In this document: one piece after another, positions 49,824 through 59,293 of the stretch | How the letters are laid out: each line of letters starts with the position of its first letter | Position numbering within the stretch: the stretch's first letter is position 1 | Source of the DNA: an uncultured Acidimicrobiia bacterium | GTDB lineage: Bacteria; Acidobacteriota; Terriglobia; Versatilivoradales; Versatilivoraceae | DNA length: 64,000 nucleotides | NCBI GenBank assembly: GCA_963786955.1 | Contig: CAWBAT010000007.1 | Location: forward strand, 1 to 64,000 | Reading direction: 5' to 3' | The notes under the pieces: generated by a model | Seen by the model: only the letters and a program-made list of their open reading frames with translations | What the model was told of the DNA's origin: nothing | The model's database searches: none | Made by a program: the position numbers and the translations under genes

Positions 49824-50798
49824 CTAATAGGCTGCCAACTGTCTGGCGACGCGCACAATATCGCTTGTTTTCGGTAAGAAAAATTCCTCGAGCGGGGGAC
49901 TATACGGGACTGGAGTGTCGGGAGCAGTGATCCGCATGATCGGGCCATCAAGGTATTCAAATGCTTCCTCTGTGATAATCGCGGCGATTTCTCCGCTAAT
50001 CCCTCCGGTTCGGGTGTCTTCATGAAGAAGGATCACCTTATTCGTCTTCTTAACAGACTCGAGAATGCATTCTTTGTCCAGTGGCCGCAGTGTCCTCAGG
50101 TCAACGATCTCCAATTCAAGGCCTTCCTTTTCCAATGTCGAAGCGGCCTCCATAGCGAGATGGACCATCGCTCCGTAAGTAAAGATCGAGATGTCTTTGC
50201 CGGTTCTCTTGACCTCAGCTTTCCCGATTGGGACCAGGATCTCTCCTTCCGGGAGGTCCTCTTTAATGCGGCGGTAAAGGAATTTATGTTCGAAATAAAT
50301 CACCGGGTCTTCGTCTCGGATGGCCGATTTGATGAGACCTTTGGCGTCATAGGCAGTAGACGGTGCAACCACTTTCAGCCCTGGAGTGTGGACGTAATAC
50401 ATTTCAGGGTTTTGGGAATGGAATGGTCCTCCGTGAATGCCACCCCCCGAAGGCCCACGGATCACCATGGGAACTCCAGCCCCCCAGCGATAACGACACT
50501 TTGCCGCAAAATTGGTGATTTGGTCGAAAGCACATGAAATGAAATCTGCGAACTGCATTTCGACGATCGGCCTCATTCCGACTAGAGCGGCGCCGATGGC
50601 TGCGCCCACAATTCCTGATTCCGAGATGGGTGTGTCTACGACTCGATCTGCACCAAAACGCTCAAGCATCCCTTCGGTAACTTTGAAGGCTCCGCCATAG
50701 ACCCCCACATCCTCGCCGAGCACGAAAACATTGGAGTCTCTCTCCATCTCTTCCCAGATGCCTTGTTTGATTGCTTCCAAGTAAGTGGTCTGCGCCAT
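49824..50798 (-). CDS. 2-oxoacid dehydrogenase E1 beta subunit
   Basis: GEDVG..GG.F, DTPISE, EMQFADF, HSQ, DLRTLRPLD. Confidence 0.95.
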   Translation of the reverse strand: MAQTTYLEAIKQGIWEEMERDSNVFVLGEDVGVYGGAFKVTEGMLERFGADRVVDTPISESGIVGAAIGAALVGMRPIVEMQFADFISCAFDQITNFAAKCRYRWGAGVPMVIRGPSGGGIHGGPFHSQNPEMYYVHTPGLKVVAPSTAYDAKGLIKSAIRDEDPVIYFEHKFLYRRIKEDLPEGEILVPIGKAEVKRTGKDISIFTYGAMVHLAMEAASTLEKEGLELEIVDLRTLRPLDKECILESVKKTNKVILLHEDTRTGGISGEIAAIITEEAFEYLDGPIMRITAPDTPVPYSPPLEEFFLPKTSDIVRVARQLAAY

Positions 50799-50809
50799 GA
50801 GGACGCCTC

Positions 50810-51829
50810 CTACCTTTCTCGTGAGAAAAAAGCGTCTGCAAAAGCCAAGGGAGATTCGACAACTTGATCGGCGTAGACACCCTCGAGTGTTTCTCCTGGC
50901 AAAGGGAATGGATCATTTTCGGCCAGTTGGACCGCTTCATCGATTTCCTGAGTAATGCGAATCGCCATTTTCCTGACATCCTCTTCGGTGACAACATGAT
51001 TGCTGATTAAGGAGGTCTCCAGAAGCAGAATAGGATCTCTCTTTTCCCATTCCTCTAATAGTTCCTTGGCCACGTATTTCATGTCGTCATGAGCGGAATG
51101 GCCAGTCATTCGGAAGGTGCGGCACTCAATGAGACTTGGACCTCCTCCTTCCCGGGCAAACTCAACGGCCTTTTGAGTGGCCTTATAGACTTCAATGACA
51201 TCATTCCCATCGATGGTGACACCAGGCATGCCATAGGACGCCGCGCGAATCGAAATATCCTTAATGGCCATCTGTTTGTCGAGAGGCGTCGAGTAGGCAT
51301 AAAGATTATTGTTACACAGATAAACAACCGGGGCCTTTTGAACCGAAGCTAAGTTCATCCCTTCGTGCCAATCACCACGGCTGGTTGCCCCATCACCGAA
51401 GTAACAAAGAACAACATTCTTCTGTTTCCTCATTTTATATGCCATTCCGATGCCCGCTGCAACCGGAACCGTGTCCGCCAGCATGCTCACAAAGGCGACG
51501 ACATTGCGTCGCATATCCCCCATGTGCAAATTGGCATCCTTGCCTTTTGAGATACCCGTCCTGCGTCCCATATACTGGGCAAAAATCTCTCTCGGCGTAA
51601 TGCCTCGAATGAGGAAAGCACCCATGTCCCGGTGTGAAGGGCAGATACAATCATCCTTCTCAAGCAGAATGCTCGAGCCCACGGCAATGGCTTCTTGTCC
51701 CCTGCCAACATAGACCCCCCCCACAATTTTCCCTTGCCGATAGAGCTTCCGCTCGATTCGGCTTTCGATATCACGAGTTAATTTCATGAAATACAACATG
51801 TCGAGAAGGGTTTTCTTATTCAGATCCAT
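50810..51829 (-). CDS. 2-oxoacid dehydrogenase E1 alpha subunit
   Basis: GQEA, GDGATSRG...NN TPP motif, R..GHS. Confidence 0.95.
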   Translation of the reverse strand: MDLNKKTLLDMLYFMKLTRDIESRIERKLYRQGKIVGGVYVGRGQEAIAVGSSILLEKDDCICPSHRDMGAFLIRGITPREIFAQYMGRRTGISKGKDANLHMGDMRRNVVAFVSMLADTVPVAAGIGMAYKMRKQKNVVLCYFGDGATSRGDWHEGMNLASVQKAPVVYLCNNNLYAYSTPLDKQMAIKDISIRAASYGMPGVTIDGNDVIEVYKATQKAVEFAREGGGPSLIECRTFRMTGHSAHDDMKYVAKELLEEWEKRDPILLLETSLISNHVVTEEDVRKMAIRITQEIDEAVQLAENDPFPLPGETLEGVYADQVVESPLAFADAFFSRER

Positions 51830-52566
51830 AAGATTGAATCTCCTTCCTCAGAATCACTGCGGAGACACCTCTCAAACAATACTTCAAAGTGGCTGCAAAA
51901 ACTCACTTTAATTGGACCAGGATTCAAGTAGGCTTTATTCAGTACCTTGGCCACGGATGTCACACCTTTCCCTTTGATTCCGCAGGGGATGATGGTGTTG
52001 AAATAGTTTAGGTCAGTATTGATATTCAGAGCGATTCCGTGCGAAGTGACCCATTGGCTCGTCCGGACCCCAATGGCAGCGATCTTCTCCTCACCTACCC
52101 ACACACCCGTGGCGCCGGAAATCGTTCTTGAACCGATCCCGTAATCTTCTAGAGTGGCCATAATACAGGCCTCAAGAGTTCTCAAATACCAATCAATATC
52201 GCGGCGGAGGGACTTTAAATCCAAAATGGGATAAGCGATCAGTTGCCCGGGACCATGATACGTAACATCGCCGCCTCGGTCTGTGTGACACAACTCTATC
52301 TTTTTCTCTTCCAGGTCCTGATTGGAAGCGAGAAGATGATTCTTATTACCGGACCGACCTACCGTGATCGTGTGGCCATATTCGACAAACAGGAGGCAAT
52401 CTGGAACTTTATCTTGCTTTCTTTTTTCAACGATCCTTGCCTGAATCCTCAAACTTTCCTGATAATTTTGACTTCCCAGATCAACGAGGAGACATTCCCC
52501 CCTCTTCTGGCTCAACAAACGGTCGTCGATTGGTTGGCCCAGGATAACGTCATTTGGCACAATCAT
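51820..52566 (-). CDS. lipB: lipoyl(octanoyl) transferase
   Basis: RGGDVTYHGPGQL..YPI, KIAAIG, HGIALN, IIPCG. Confidence 0.95.
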   Translation of the reverse strand: MIVPNDVILGQPIDDRLLSQKRGECLLVDLGSQNYQESLRIQARIVEKRKQDKVPDCLLFVEYGHTITVGRSGNKNHLLASNQDLEEKKIELCHTDRGGDVTYHGPGQLIAYPILDLKSLRRDIDWYLRTLEACIMATLEDYGIGSRTISGATGVWVGEEKIAAIGVRTSQWVTSHGIALNINTDLNYFNTIIPCGIKGKGVTSVAKVLNKAYLNPGPIKVSFCSHFEVLFERCLRSDSEEGDSILWI

Positions 52567-52591
52567 GTGCTCTTCGAATTAATCTGAAGCT

Positions 52592-53152
52592 TCAAAAACG
52601 GGGCTGATCTTGACCAGAGGCCGTCGCAGATTTACCGAGTTTCAAGTCTCGAATCACCCGACACAAATAACCGAGAACATCCCGAACAGAAATAATGCCC
52701 ACCGGGTTGTGGTTGTTGACCACGGGGATATGCCGAAAGCCGCCCACGGACATTTCGTGAATCGCGAAGCGAATGGAATCCTCAGGGCTGAAGATGACCG
52801 GCTTGGGGGTCATGACCTCTTTAACGAGTACTTCTTCAAGATCTTCAGCCTTTGTCGCCAGTTTATTGAGCACGTCACGCTCTGAGAATATTCCAGTCAG
52901 CCTCCCTCCCTCCATCACCAAGAGGCAACCGACCTTGTGTCTCTTCATAAGACGAATGGCGTCGAAGACGCTGGCATCTGCAAGGACGAAAATTGCTGGA
53001 GCCGGTTCAAGGTCGGAAATCGGATCCTCCATCAGCCTTCGCTGCATCCCGCTGCGTGCATGTGGAATATCCAACTTCATGAGGGGTTCCAAGCAGGCTT
53101 CACATCGGTCTGTTCCTGCAATATAATCGTGGCCGCATGCAGGACATAGCAT
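52592..53152 (-). CDS. CBS-pair protein with N-terminal zinc ribbon
   Basis: CPAC...CEAC followed by GIFSERD, VMT, FRHIPVV, GIISVRD. Confidence 0.9.
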   Translation of the reverse strand: MLCPACGHDYIAGTDRCEACLEPLMKLDIPHARSGMQRRLMEDPISDLEPAPAIFVLADASVFDAIRLMKRHKVGCLLVMEGGRLTGIFSERDVLNKLATKAEDLEEVLVKEVMTPKPVIFSPEDSIRFAIHEMSVGGFRHIPVVNNHNPVGIISVRDVLGYLCRVIRDLKLGKSATASGQDQPRF

Positions 53153-53295
53153 AGGAATTCCCCTTAGCTAAGAGGCAGGAATCTTCTTTGAATTCTGCCC
53201 CGATGGGTTAGGAATGATTTCAGAAGATAAATGACCGCGCGTGATACAGCCGTGGGACGGCTCCTGACCGTTGCAGTCGATAAAATGCAACGGTG

Positions 53296-54339
53296 CTATT
53301 GAATGGTCCAGGTATCACCACTGTTTAAAAGCTTTTCCAAATCCCCTGGCCCCAAGCGGCTGACCGCATCTTGTACCTGGGCTTCCAGCAATTCATCGTA
53401 ACTTGGTTTTGCCACGGAGCGAAAGACCCCGATGGGCACAGGGAAGTCCGGGTAATCCATGCGGGCCAGCATGTATGCAATACTGGGTTCCGGATCGTGC
53501 GCATCGTGTACGAGCAAATCACTTTCTGTAATACCGTTTCCGAGCTCGACAACTTCCAATCTCATCCCGGCTATCCGGATCCCTTTATTGCGGTCTTTTC
53601 CAAAGATCAACGGTTTTCCATGCTCCAGATTGATCGTCCGATCCTCCCGATGCTCTCTTTCTGTGAAATGCTTGAAAGCGCCATCGTTGAAAATGTTACA
53701 GTTCTGGAAAACCTCCACAAACGAAACGCCTTTGTGTTGAGCGGCTTGAATCAGGATCGGCGCTAGGTGCTTCGGATCGACATCGACGGAGCGAGCCACA
53801 AACGTTGCCTCGTTGGCCAGGGCGACGCAGACCGGATTAATGGGATAATCAATCGAACCAAACGGCGTCGATTTGGTCTTCTTCCCGAATTCAGAGGTCG
53901 GCGAATACTGTCCTTTGGTCAATCCGTAGATTCTGTTATTGAACATCACGATGTTGATATCGATGTTTCGGCGAATGGCATGCATCAGGTGATTTCCACC
54001 AATACTCAGCCCGTCTCCGTCGCCGGTCATGACCCAAACCGAGAGTTCCGGGTTGACAGCTTTGATTCCTGTAGCGATTGCCGGCGCACGGCCATGAATA
54101 CTATGGAAACCATAGGTATTGACATAATAAGGGAATCGGCTGGAGCAGCCAATCCCGGACACAAAGACATAGTTCTCCCGGGGTATATTCAGTTCCGGAA
54201 GGATCTTTTGAGTCTGTGCCAGGATAGAGTAGTCGCCGCATCCCGGGCACCAGCGTACTTCCTGATCCGATACAAAGTCCTGGCGTTTCAAATCCAAAAC
54301 GACAGTTCCGGTATTCGTTTGATTTCCGTTATCACTCAT
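53296..54339 (-). CDS. 2-oxoacid:ferredoxin oxidoreductase beta subunit
   Basis: WCPGCG, SGIGCS, HGR, GDGD, YGLTKGQ.SPT. Confidence 0.95.
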   Translation of the reverse strand: MSDNGNQTNTGTVVLDLKRQDFVSDQEVRWCPGCGDYSILAQTQKILPELNIPRENYVFVSGIGCSSRFPYYVNTYGFHSIHGRAPAIATGIKAVNPELSVWVMTGDGDGLSIGGNHLMHAIRRNIDINIVMFNNRIYGLTKGQYSPTSEFGKKTKSTPFGSIDYPINPVCVALANEATFVARSVDVDPKHLAPILIQAAQHKGVSFVEVFQNCNIFNDGAFKHFTEREHREDRTINLEHGKPLIFGKDRNKGIRIAGMRLEVVELGNGITESDLLVHDAHDPEPSIAYMLARMDYPDFPVPIGVFRSVAKPSYDELLEAQVQDAVSRLGPGDLEKLLNSGDTWTIQ

Positions 54340-54383
54340 TATTCCTTATTCCTCATTTCAAAATAAAAACTAATCGGGAGGTC

Positions 54384-56237
54384 TTAGACAAATTCTTCCA
54401 TTCTGGTGACCAGTTCCTTAATCGTAAACGGAAGCCCTTTCACTTTGTTGAACCCGATGGCATCAACCAGATAGCGTGCGCGCAAGAGGAATAGCAGCTG
54501 CCCAAGATTCAATTCTGGAACTAGGATGTGTTCAAACCGCGAAAGAACACTCTGCAGGTTCTTCGGAAAAGGGTTCAGATGTCGCAAGTGGACACTGGAT
54601 AAAGATTTTCCGCGGGTTTGGAGCATTTCGACGGCTGAAGTAATTGCGCCATAGGTGGACCCCCAACCAACCACCAGTAATTTCCCTTCCTGTTTCCCGA
54701 AAACCTGAGCCTCCGGGATGAAATTTGCGATCCGGGCAACTTTTTCAGCCCTTAGCCGCACCATGAAGTCATGGTTGTCAGGGTTATAACTGACATTTCC
54801 ACTAATATGTTCCTTTTCCAAGCCTCCAATTCGATGTTCGAGATTCGGTGTCCCGGGAATCGCCCAAGGGCGTCCGAGTGTCTTTTCATCCCGCGAGTAA
54901 GGATGAAACCCCTCTGGATCTGTCCGGAACTTGACGTCTATGGCAGGGAGCTCATTCACCTTGGGTAATTTCCACGGCTCCGAGCCGTTGCCAAGGTAGC
55001 CATCAGAAAGATAAAAGACGGGAGTCATGAACATCGTTGCAAGCCGGAAAGCTTCAAAGGCCATGGCGAAGCAGTCCGCCGGAGTTGCCGGCGCAACAAT
55101 GGGGACGGGGCACTCTCCGTTGCGCCCATACATGGCTTGGAACAGATCTGCCTGTTCTGTTTTTGTAGGCAAGCCCGTGCTCGGTCCTCCCCGTTGAATG
55201 TTCGCAATCACTACCGGGAGTTCGGTCATGACGGCCAAGCCAATAGCTTCTGATTTCAAGGCGACACCGGGGCCGCTGGTCCCAGTCAATGCCAGATGGC
55301 CGGCAAAAGCCCCTCCGATGGCGGCGCCAATGGCAGCGATCTCGTCTTCGGCTTGAAACGTTTTGACGCCGAAGTTCTTATGTCGAGAGAGCTCATGTAG
55401 AATGTCACTTGCCGGCGTGATCGGATAACTCGCGTAGAACAAAGGTCGCTTGGCTACCTGCGAAGCAGCAATAAAGCCGAGCGCCGTAGCTTCGTTCCCA
55501 GTAATGTTCCGATACCTGCCAGGAGCCAGATTGGCTTTTCGGACACGGTAATGAGTGGTAAAGAGCTCGGTGGTATCCGCGTAGTAATATCCCGCTCGCA
55601 AAGATTGCTTGTTGGCTTCTTGAATGACTGGATTCTTCTTGAATTTATCTTGGATCCATTTCAGTGTGGATTCCAATGGCCGATCATAGAGCCAGTACAT
55701 GATTCCCAACGCGAAAAAATTCTTGCAGCGGTCGGCCTCTTTCTTGGAAAGGCTAAGTTCCTTGAGAGCGTTGAGGTTTAATTCACTTAGAGGGATTGAA
55801 ATCAGACGATACCCGGAAAGCGATCCATCTTCGAGCGGGTTCCTTTCGTAGCCTGCCTTTTTCAAGTTCAACTCGGCAAAGGCATCACTATTGACAATGA
55901 GGATACCGCCCTTCTCAAGGTCCGCGAGATTAACCTTCAGGGCAGCCGGGTTCATGGCGACTAGGACGTTTGGCTGATCACCAGGCGTCCGTATTTCACG
56001 GCTGCTGAAGTTGATCTGAAATCCGCTGACCCCGGGAAGTGAACCTGCGGGGGCCCGGATCTCAGCCGGGAAATCAGGCAGGGTGCTGATGTCATTTCCA
56101 AGAACCGCTGAAGTGTTTGTAAATTGCATCCCTGTCAACTGCATCCCATCGCCTGAATCTCCAGCGAAGCGAATCGTGACATTATCGATTTCAACCACTT
56201 CTTTTTCTACTTTGTGCTCGATTTCCGTTACGGACAT
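54384..56237 (-). CDS. 2-oxoacid:ferredoxin oxidoreductase alpha subunit (gamma-alpha fusion)
   Basis: AGDSGDG, AEIR, GNEA, YPITP, QAEDE, TSGPG, QRGGPSTG.PT. Confidence 0.95.
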   Translation of the reverse strand: MSVTEIEHKVEKEVVEIDNVTIRFAGDSGDGMQLTGMQFTNTSAVLGNDISTLPDFPAEIRAPAGSLPGVSGFQINFSSREIRTPGDQPNVLVAMNPAALKVNLADLEKGGILIVNSDAFAELNLKKAGYERNPLEDGSLSGYRLISIPLSELNLNALKELSLSKKEADRCKNFFALGIMYWLYDRPLESTLKWIQDKFKKNPVIQEANKQSLRAGYYYADTTELFTTHYRVRKANLAPGRYRNITGNEATALGFIAASQVAKRPLFYASYPITPASDILHELSRHKNFGVKTFQAEDEIAAIGAAIGGAFAGHLALTGTSGPGVALKSEAIGLAVMTELPVVIANIQRGGPSTGLPTKTEQADLFQAMYGRNGECPVPIVAPATPADCFAMAFEAFRLATMFMTPVFYLSDGYLGNGSEPWKLPKVNELPAIDVKFRTDPEGFHPYSRDEKTLGRPWAIPGTPNLEHRIGGLEKEHISGNVSYNPDNHDFMVRLRAEKVARIANFIPEAQVFGKQEGKLLVVGWGSTYGAITSAVEMLQTRGKSLSSVHLRHLNPFPKNLQSVLSRFEHILVPELNLGQLLFLLRARYLVDAIGFNKVKGLPFTIKELVTRMEEFV

Positions 56238-56321
56238 TTTTTTGAATTTTCCTTAATTCTATATCAATGATGAATAGTCGAAATACCTGATTTAAAAGCC
56301 GATAAAACTGCGGTCCCTTCC

Positions 56322-56789
56322 TTAAGCTCCATCGACAGACGAGAAATTTTGATTGGCTTTTGGAGGCAGAGATAAGACTTCTTGCGGAAAACTCTCTGCC
56401 AGAAAATCGATGATGTTCGAGGCCGAGAGGTTGCCGACTAAGTTCCCTTCCGCATTGACCAAGGGGACATTCCGATACCCGTGTTCGTCCATGAGCTGAA
56501 TGGCTTCAAGAACCGAAGAGTCAGGATTCAAAGTCAGCGGAGATGGTGTCATGAATTCTTTGAGCAGGCGGGATTCATCGACCCCTTCTCCCACCACTTT
56601 CCCAAGTACATCACGCTCCGTAAAAATGCCCACCAGTTGCTGATTTTCAGTGACCAGGACATAGCCAACCTGATTTTGGCGCATTGCTGAAATTGCGTTT
56701 TTCAGACTTGTCTCAGATTCGATGGTAACAAGCGGGCTCAGTACGAGCTGTCTGATCTTTCTTTCACGCAGGGTCTTTTCGATGTCCAT
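56322..56789 (-). CDS. CBS-pair protein
   Basis: GIFTERD, MT, YRNVPLV. Confidence 0.9.
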   Translation of the reverse strand: MDIEKTLRERKIRQLVLSPLVTIESETSLKNAISAMRQNQVGYVLVTENQQLVGIFTERDVLGKVVGEGVDESRLLKEFMTPSPLTLNPDSSVLEAIQLMDEHGYRNVPLVNAEGNLVGNLSASNIIDFLAESFPQEVLSLPPKANQNFSSVDGA

Positions 56790-57210
56790 AAACCAGCTCG
56801 TTTCAAAACAATCTTGGCATGCAACTAGAAATTAACATTTTTGTCGAAGAAAGACAAATACTAAAGATTCAAAAGGAGTTAATGTCAAAATGTTCCAAAC
56901 GAGGTGTTCTCCTGAAGGTATTTCTTAAGGACGAACGGCACAAGGAATTTCGCCGGATTATCCCCTACTCAGTGAAGCTACTTGTTCTATCGTCGTGTTA
57001 ATCTTTAAAGATTAGACCCCGATTGGGAGGTGGCGGAGCGTGGATATATGCGGAATTTCACTGCTGGGTTGCTTAATTCGTCGGCTCGTATGTGAAGAAG
57101 AAGTCATTGAACTTGGCCAGGGTCGTGGATAAATGATTAGTCCAATCCGCCTCTTAGGGGACAGTTCAATATCCCTATCAAGGGGGGAATTAGTTTCGTT
57201 CGCAAGCAAT

Positions 57211-57630
57211 TTATTCCCCCTTTGAAGGGGGCGCAGGGGGATGTCCTATTCGGGCACTTTTCTCTACGGCAACTTTCTTCTCGTGCTTCTCGATCCAGTT
57301 TTGAATGCAATTCAAAACATTTCGCATGTCGTTTTTCACATCGCGATCCTGAAACCTCAAGACATGCAGCCCTAGCTGAACTAAGTCTTTTTCTCTGGTA
57401 CGATCTTTTTGGAACTGCTCACGGTGGCTTTCTCCATCAATCTCAAGTATTAGCTGCAGTTTCGGGCAATAGAAATCCACAATGTATTTGTAAATAGGCT
57501 TCTGTCTTTGGAACGAGTATCCCAGCATCTCGCTGCTTTTGATCTGGTTCCAGAGTAAGACCTCCGCGAGAGTGCTCTTGTTTCTCAATTCACGAGAGAG
57601 AGACTTTAGTTTCGGATCGTAGTATTGCAT
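57211..57630 (-). CDS. DUF559 (Vsr-like) endonuclease
   Basis: RELR..ST.AE..LW, F.RQ.PI..YIVDFYC..L.LILEIDG..H, D..R...L...G..VLRF. Confidence 0.9.
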   Translation of the reverse strand: MQYYDPKLKSLSRELRNKSTLAEVLLWNQIKSSEMLGYSFQRQKPIYKYIVDFYCPKLQLILEIDGESHREQFQKDRTREKDLVQLGLHVLRFQDRDVKNDMRNVLNCIQNWIEKHEKKVAVEKSARIGHPPAPPSKGE

Positions 57631-57712
57631 GTAGTTCTTAAACCGTTTCTTTGGTCAGATGATGTAGGTTTCTCCCTGAGGACATCCCCCTAACCCCCCT
57701 CAAGGGGGGAAT
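57213..57712. repeat. ~34-bp inverted repeats bounding the DUF559 gene
   Basis: ATTCCCCCTTTGAAGGGGGCGCAGGGGGATGTCCT (57213-47) and AGGACATCCCCCTAACCCCCCTCAAGGGGGGAAT (57679-712); partial extra copy near 57172-90. Confidence 0.8.
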
Positions 57713-57742
57713 CGGTAATTCCAACGTAGAAAGGACCCCGAT

Positions 57743-59212
57743 CTACACCAAAACCTTTGTGACCACCTCACCGGAGATATCTGTCAATCGGAAGCTTCGC
57801 CCCTGGTATTTGAAGGTCAGACGGGTATGATCGATACCTAGGCAGCGGAGGATAGTGGCCTGTAGATCGTGGACGTGGACGGGGTCTGTAGTGATGTTGT
57901 AAGAGAATTCATCTGTTTCGCCGTAAGACATTCCTGGCTTGATTCCGCCGCCGGCCATCCAAAGGGAAAAGCAGCGGGGATGGTGGTCGCGGCCATAATC
58001 GTCTTCAGTCATACGGCCCTGGCAGTACACGGTTCTGCCAAATTCTCCTCCCCAGATCACCAGCGTCTCATCCAGCATCCCTCTGGCCTTGAGATCCATC
58101 ACCAGCGCTGCCGAAGCTTGATCGGTCGCTTTACACCTCCTCGGCAATTCCAATGGAAGCTTTCCATGATGGTCCCAGCCGCGAATGAATATCTGGGTGA
58201 AACGGACGCCGCGTTCAGCCAGGCGACGGGCCAGTAGGCAACTGGCAGCATAGGTTCCTGGCTTTCGGGCATCCTCGCCATACAACTCAAAGACGGAATC
58301 GGGTTCCTTGGAGATATCCGTCAATTCAGGCACAGAACTCTGCATGCGAAACGCCATCTCATATTGAGCAATGCGGGTCGAAATCTCAGGATCTCCAAAA
58401 TCCTTCAATCGCATCTGATTCAGTTCGCCGAGGGAATCCAGGTATTGACGTCGCATTTCGCGGTCGAACCCTGGGGGGTCGGTCAAGTAAAGGACGGGAT
58501 CCCCCAATGACCGGAACTTGACGCCTTGATATTTTGTGGGTAAAAAACCGCTACCCCACAGCCGGTCATAAAGAGGCTGGTCTCCGCCCCCTTGAGTGAT
58601 CATCACCACAAACGCAGGAAGATCTTTGCTCTCTGTACCCAGTCCGTAAGAGAGCCAGGCACCCATACTAGGGCGGCCGGCAATCTGGGCACCAGTCTGA
58701 AAAAAAGTGATAGCCGGATCATGATTAATGGCTTCGGTATGCATCGATTTAATGATGCAGATTTCATCGACAATCTTAGCTGTCTGAGGCAGCAGTTCAC
58801 TGATCAACGTACCGGACTTTCCATGCTGCCCAAACTTAAACGTTGAAGGAACCATCGGAAAATGGTCTTGGGTGGAGGTCATGCCGGTCAGGCGCTGTCC
58901 TTTGCGGATGGACTCGGGCAGGTCGGTTCCACGAACTTTCTCCAGTGCCGGCTTGTAATCAAACAATTCAATCTGCGAAGGACCGCCCGATTGGAATAAC
59001 CAAATTACTCGCTTGGCTTTGGGTGCAAAGTGTGGGAGCCCGAGAGAATCCCCAGTTCCTAATTGTCCAGCCGCCATTGGTTTACCTGTGTTGTCAGCCA
59101 GGAGATCTTTGCCGAGCAACTGGGCCAGGGCAGCCGTTCCAATTCCCGTGGCATTGAGGCCAAAGAAATGGCGTCGGGTCATTAACATTCTTGTCTCTTG
59201 CAATGGATCCAT
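57743..59212 (-). CDS. DUF1501 domain protein with twin-arginine leader
   Basis: [42 protein letters not shown]. Confidence 0.92.
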   Translation of the reverse strand: MDPLQETRMLMTRRHFFGLNATGIGTAALAQLLGKDLLADNTGKPMAAGQLGTGDSLGLPHFAPKAKRVIWLFQSGGPSQIELFDYKPALEKVRGTDLPESIRKGQRLTGMTSTQDHFPMVPSTFKFGQHGKSGTLISELLPQTAKIVDEICIIKSMHTEAINHDPAITFFQTGAQIAGRPSMGAWLSYGLGTESKDLPAFVVMITQGGGDQPLYDRLWGSGFLPTKYQGVKFRSLGDPVLYLTDPPGFDREMRRQYLDSLGELNQMRLKDFGDPEISTRIAQYEMAFRMQSSVPELTDISKEPDSVFELYGEDARKPGTYAASCLLARRLAERGVRFTQIFIRGWDHHGKLPLELPRRCKATDQASAALVMDLKARGMLDETLVIWGGEFGRTVYCQGRMTEDDYGRDHHPRCFSLWMAGGGIKPGMSYGETDEFSYNITTDPVHVHDLQATILRCLGIDHTRLTFKYQGRSFRLTDISGEVVTKVLV

Positions 59213-59293
59213 GCGCTGCTCCTCGTTCCACTTTTCAACTACTATTGTTGTGCAGGCGTCTGGCCTGCCTTCTTCCTATCAGGGAATCATCCT

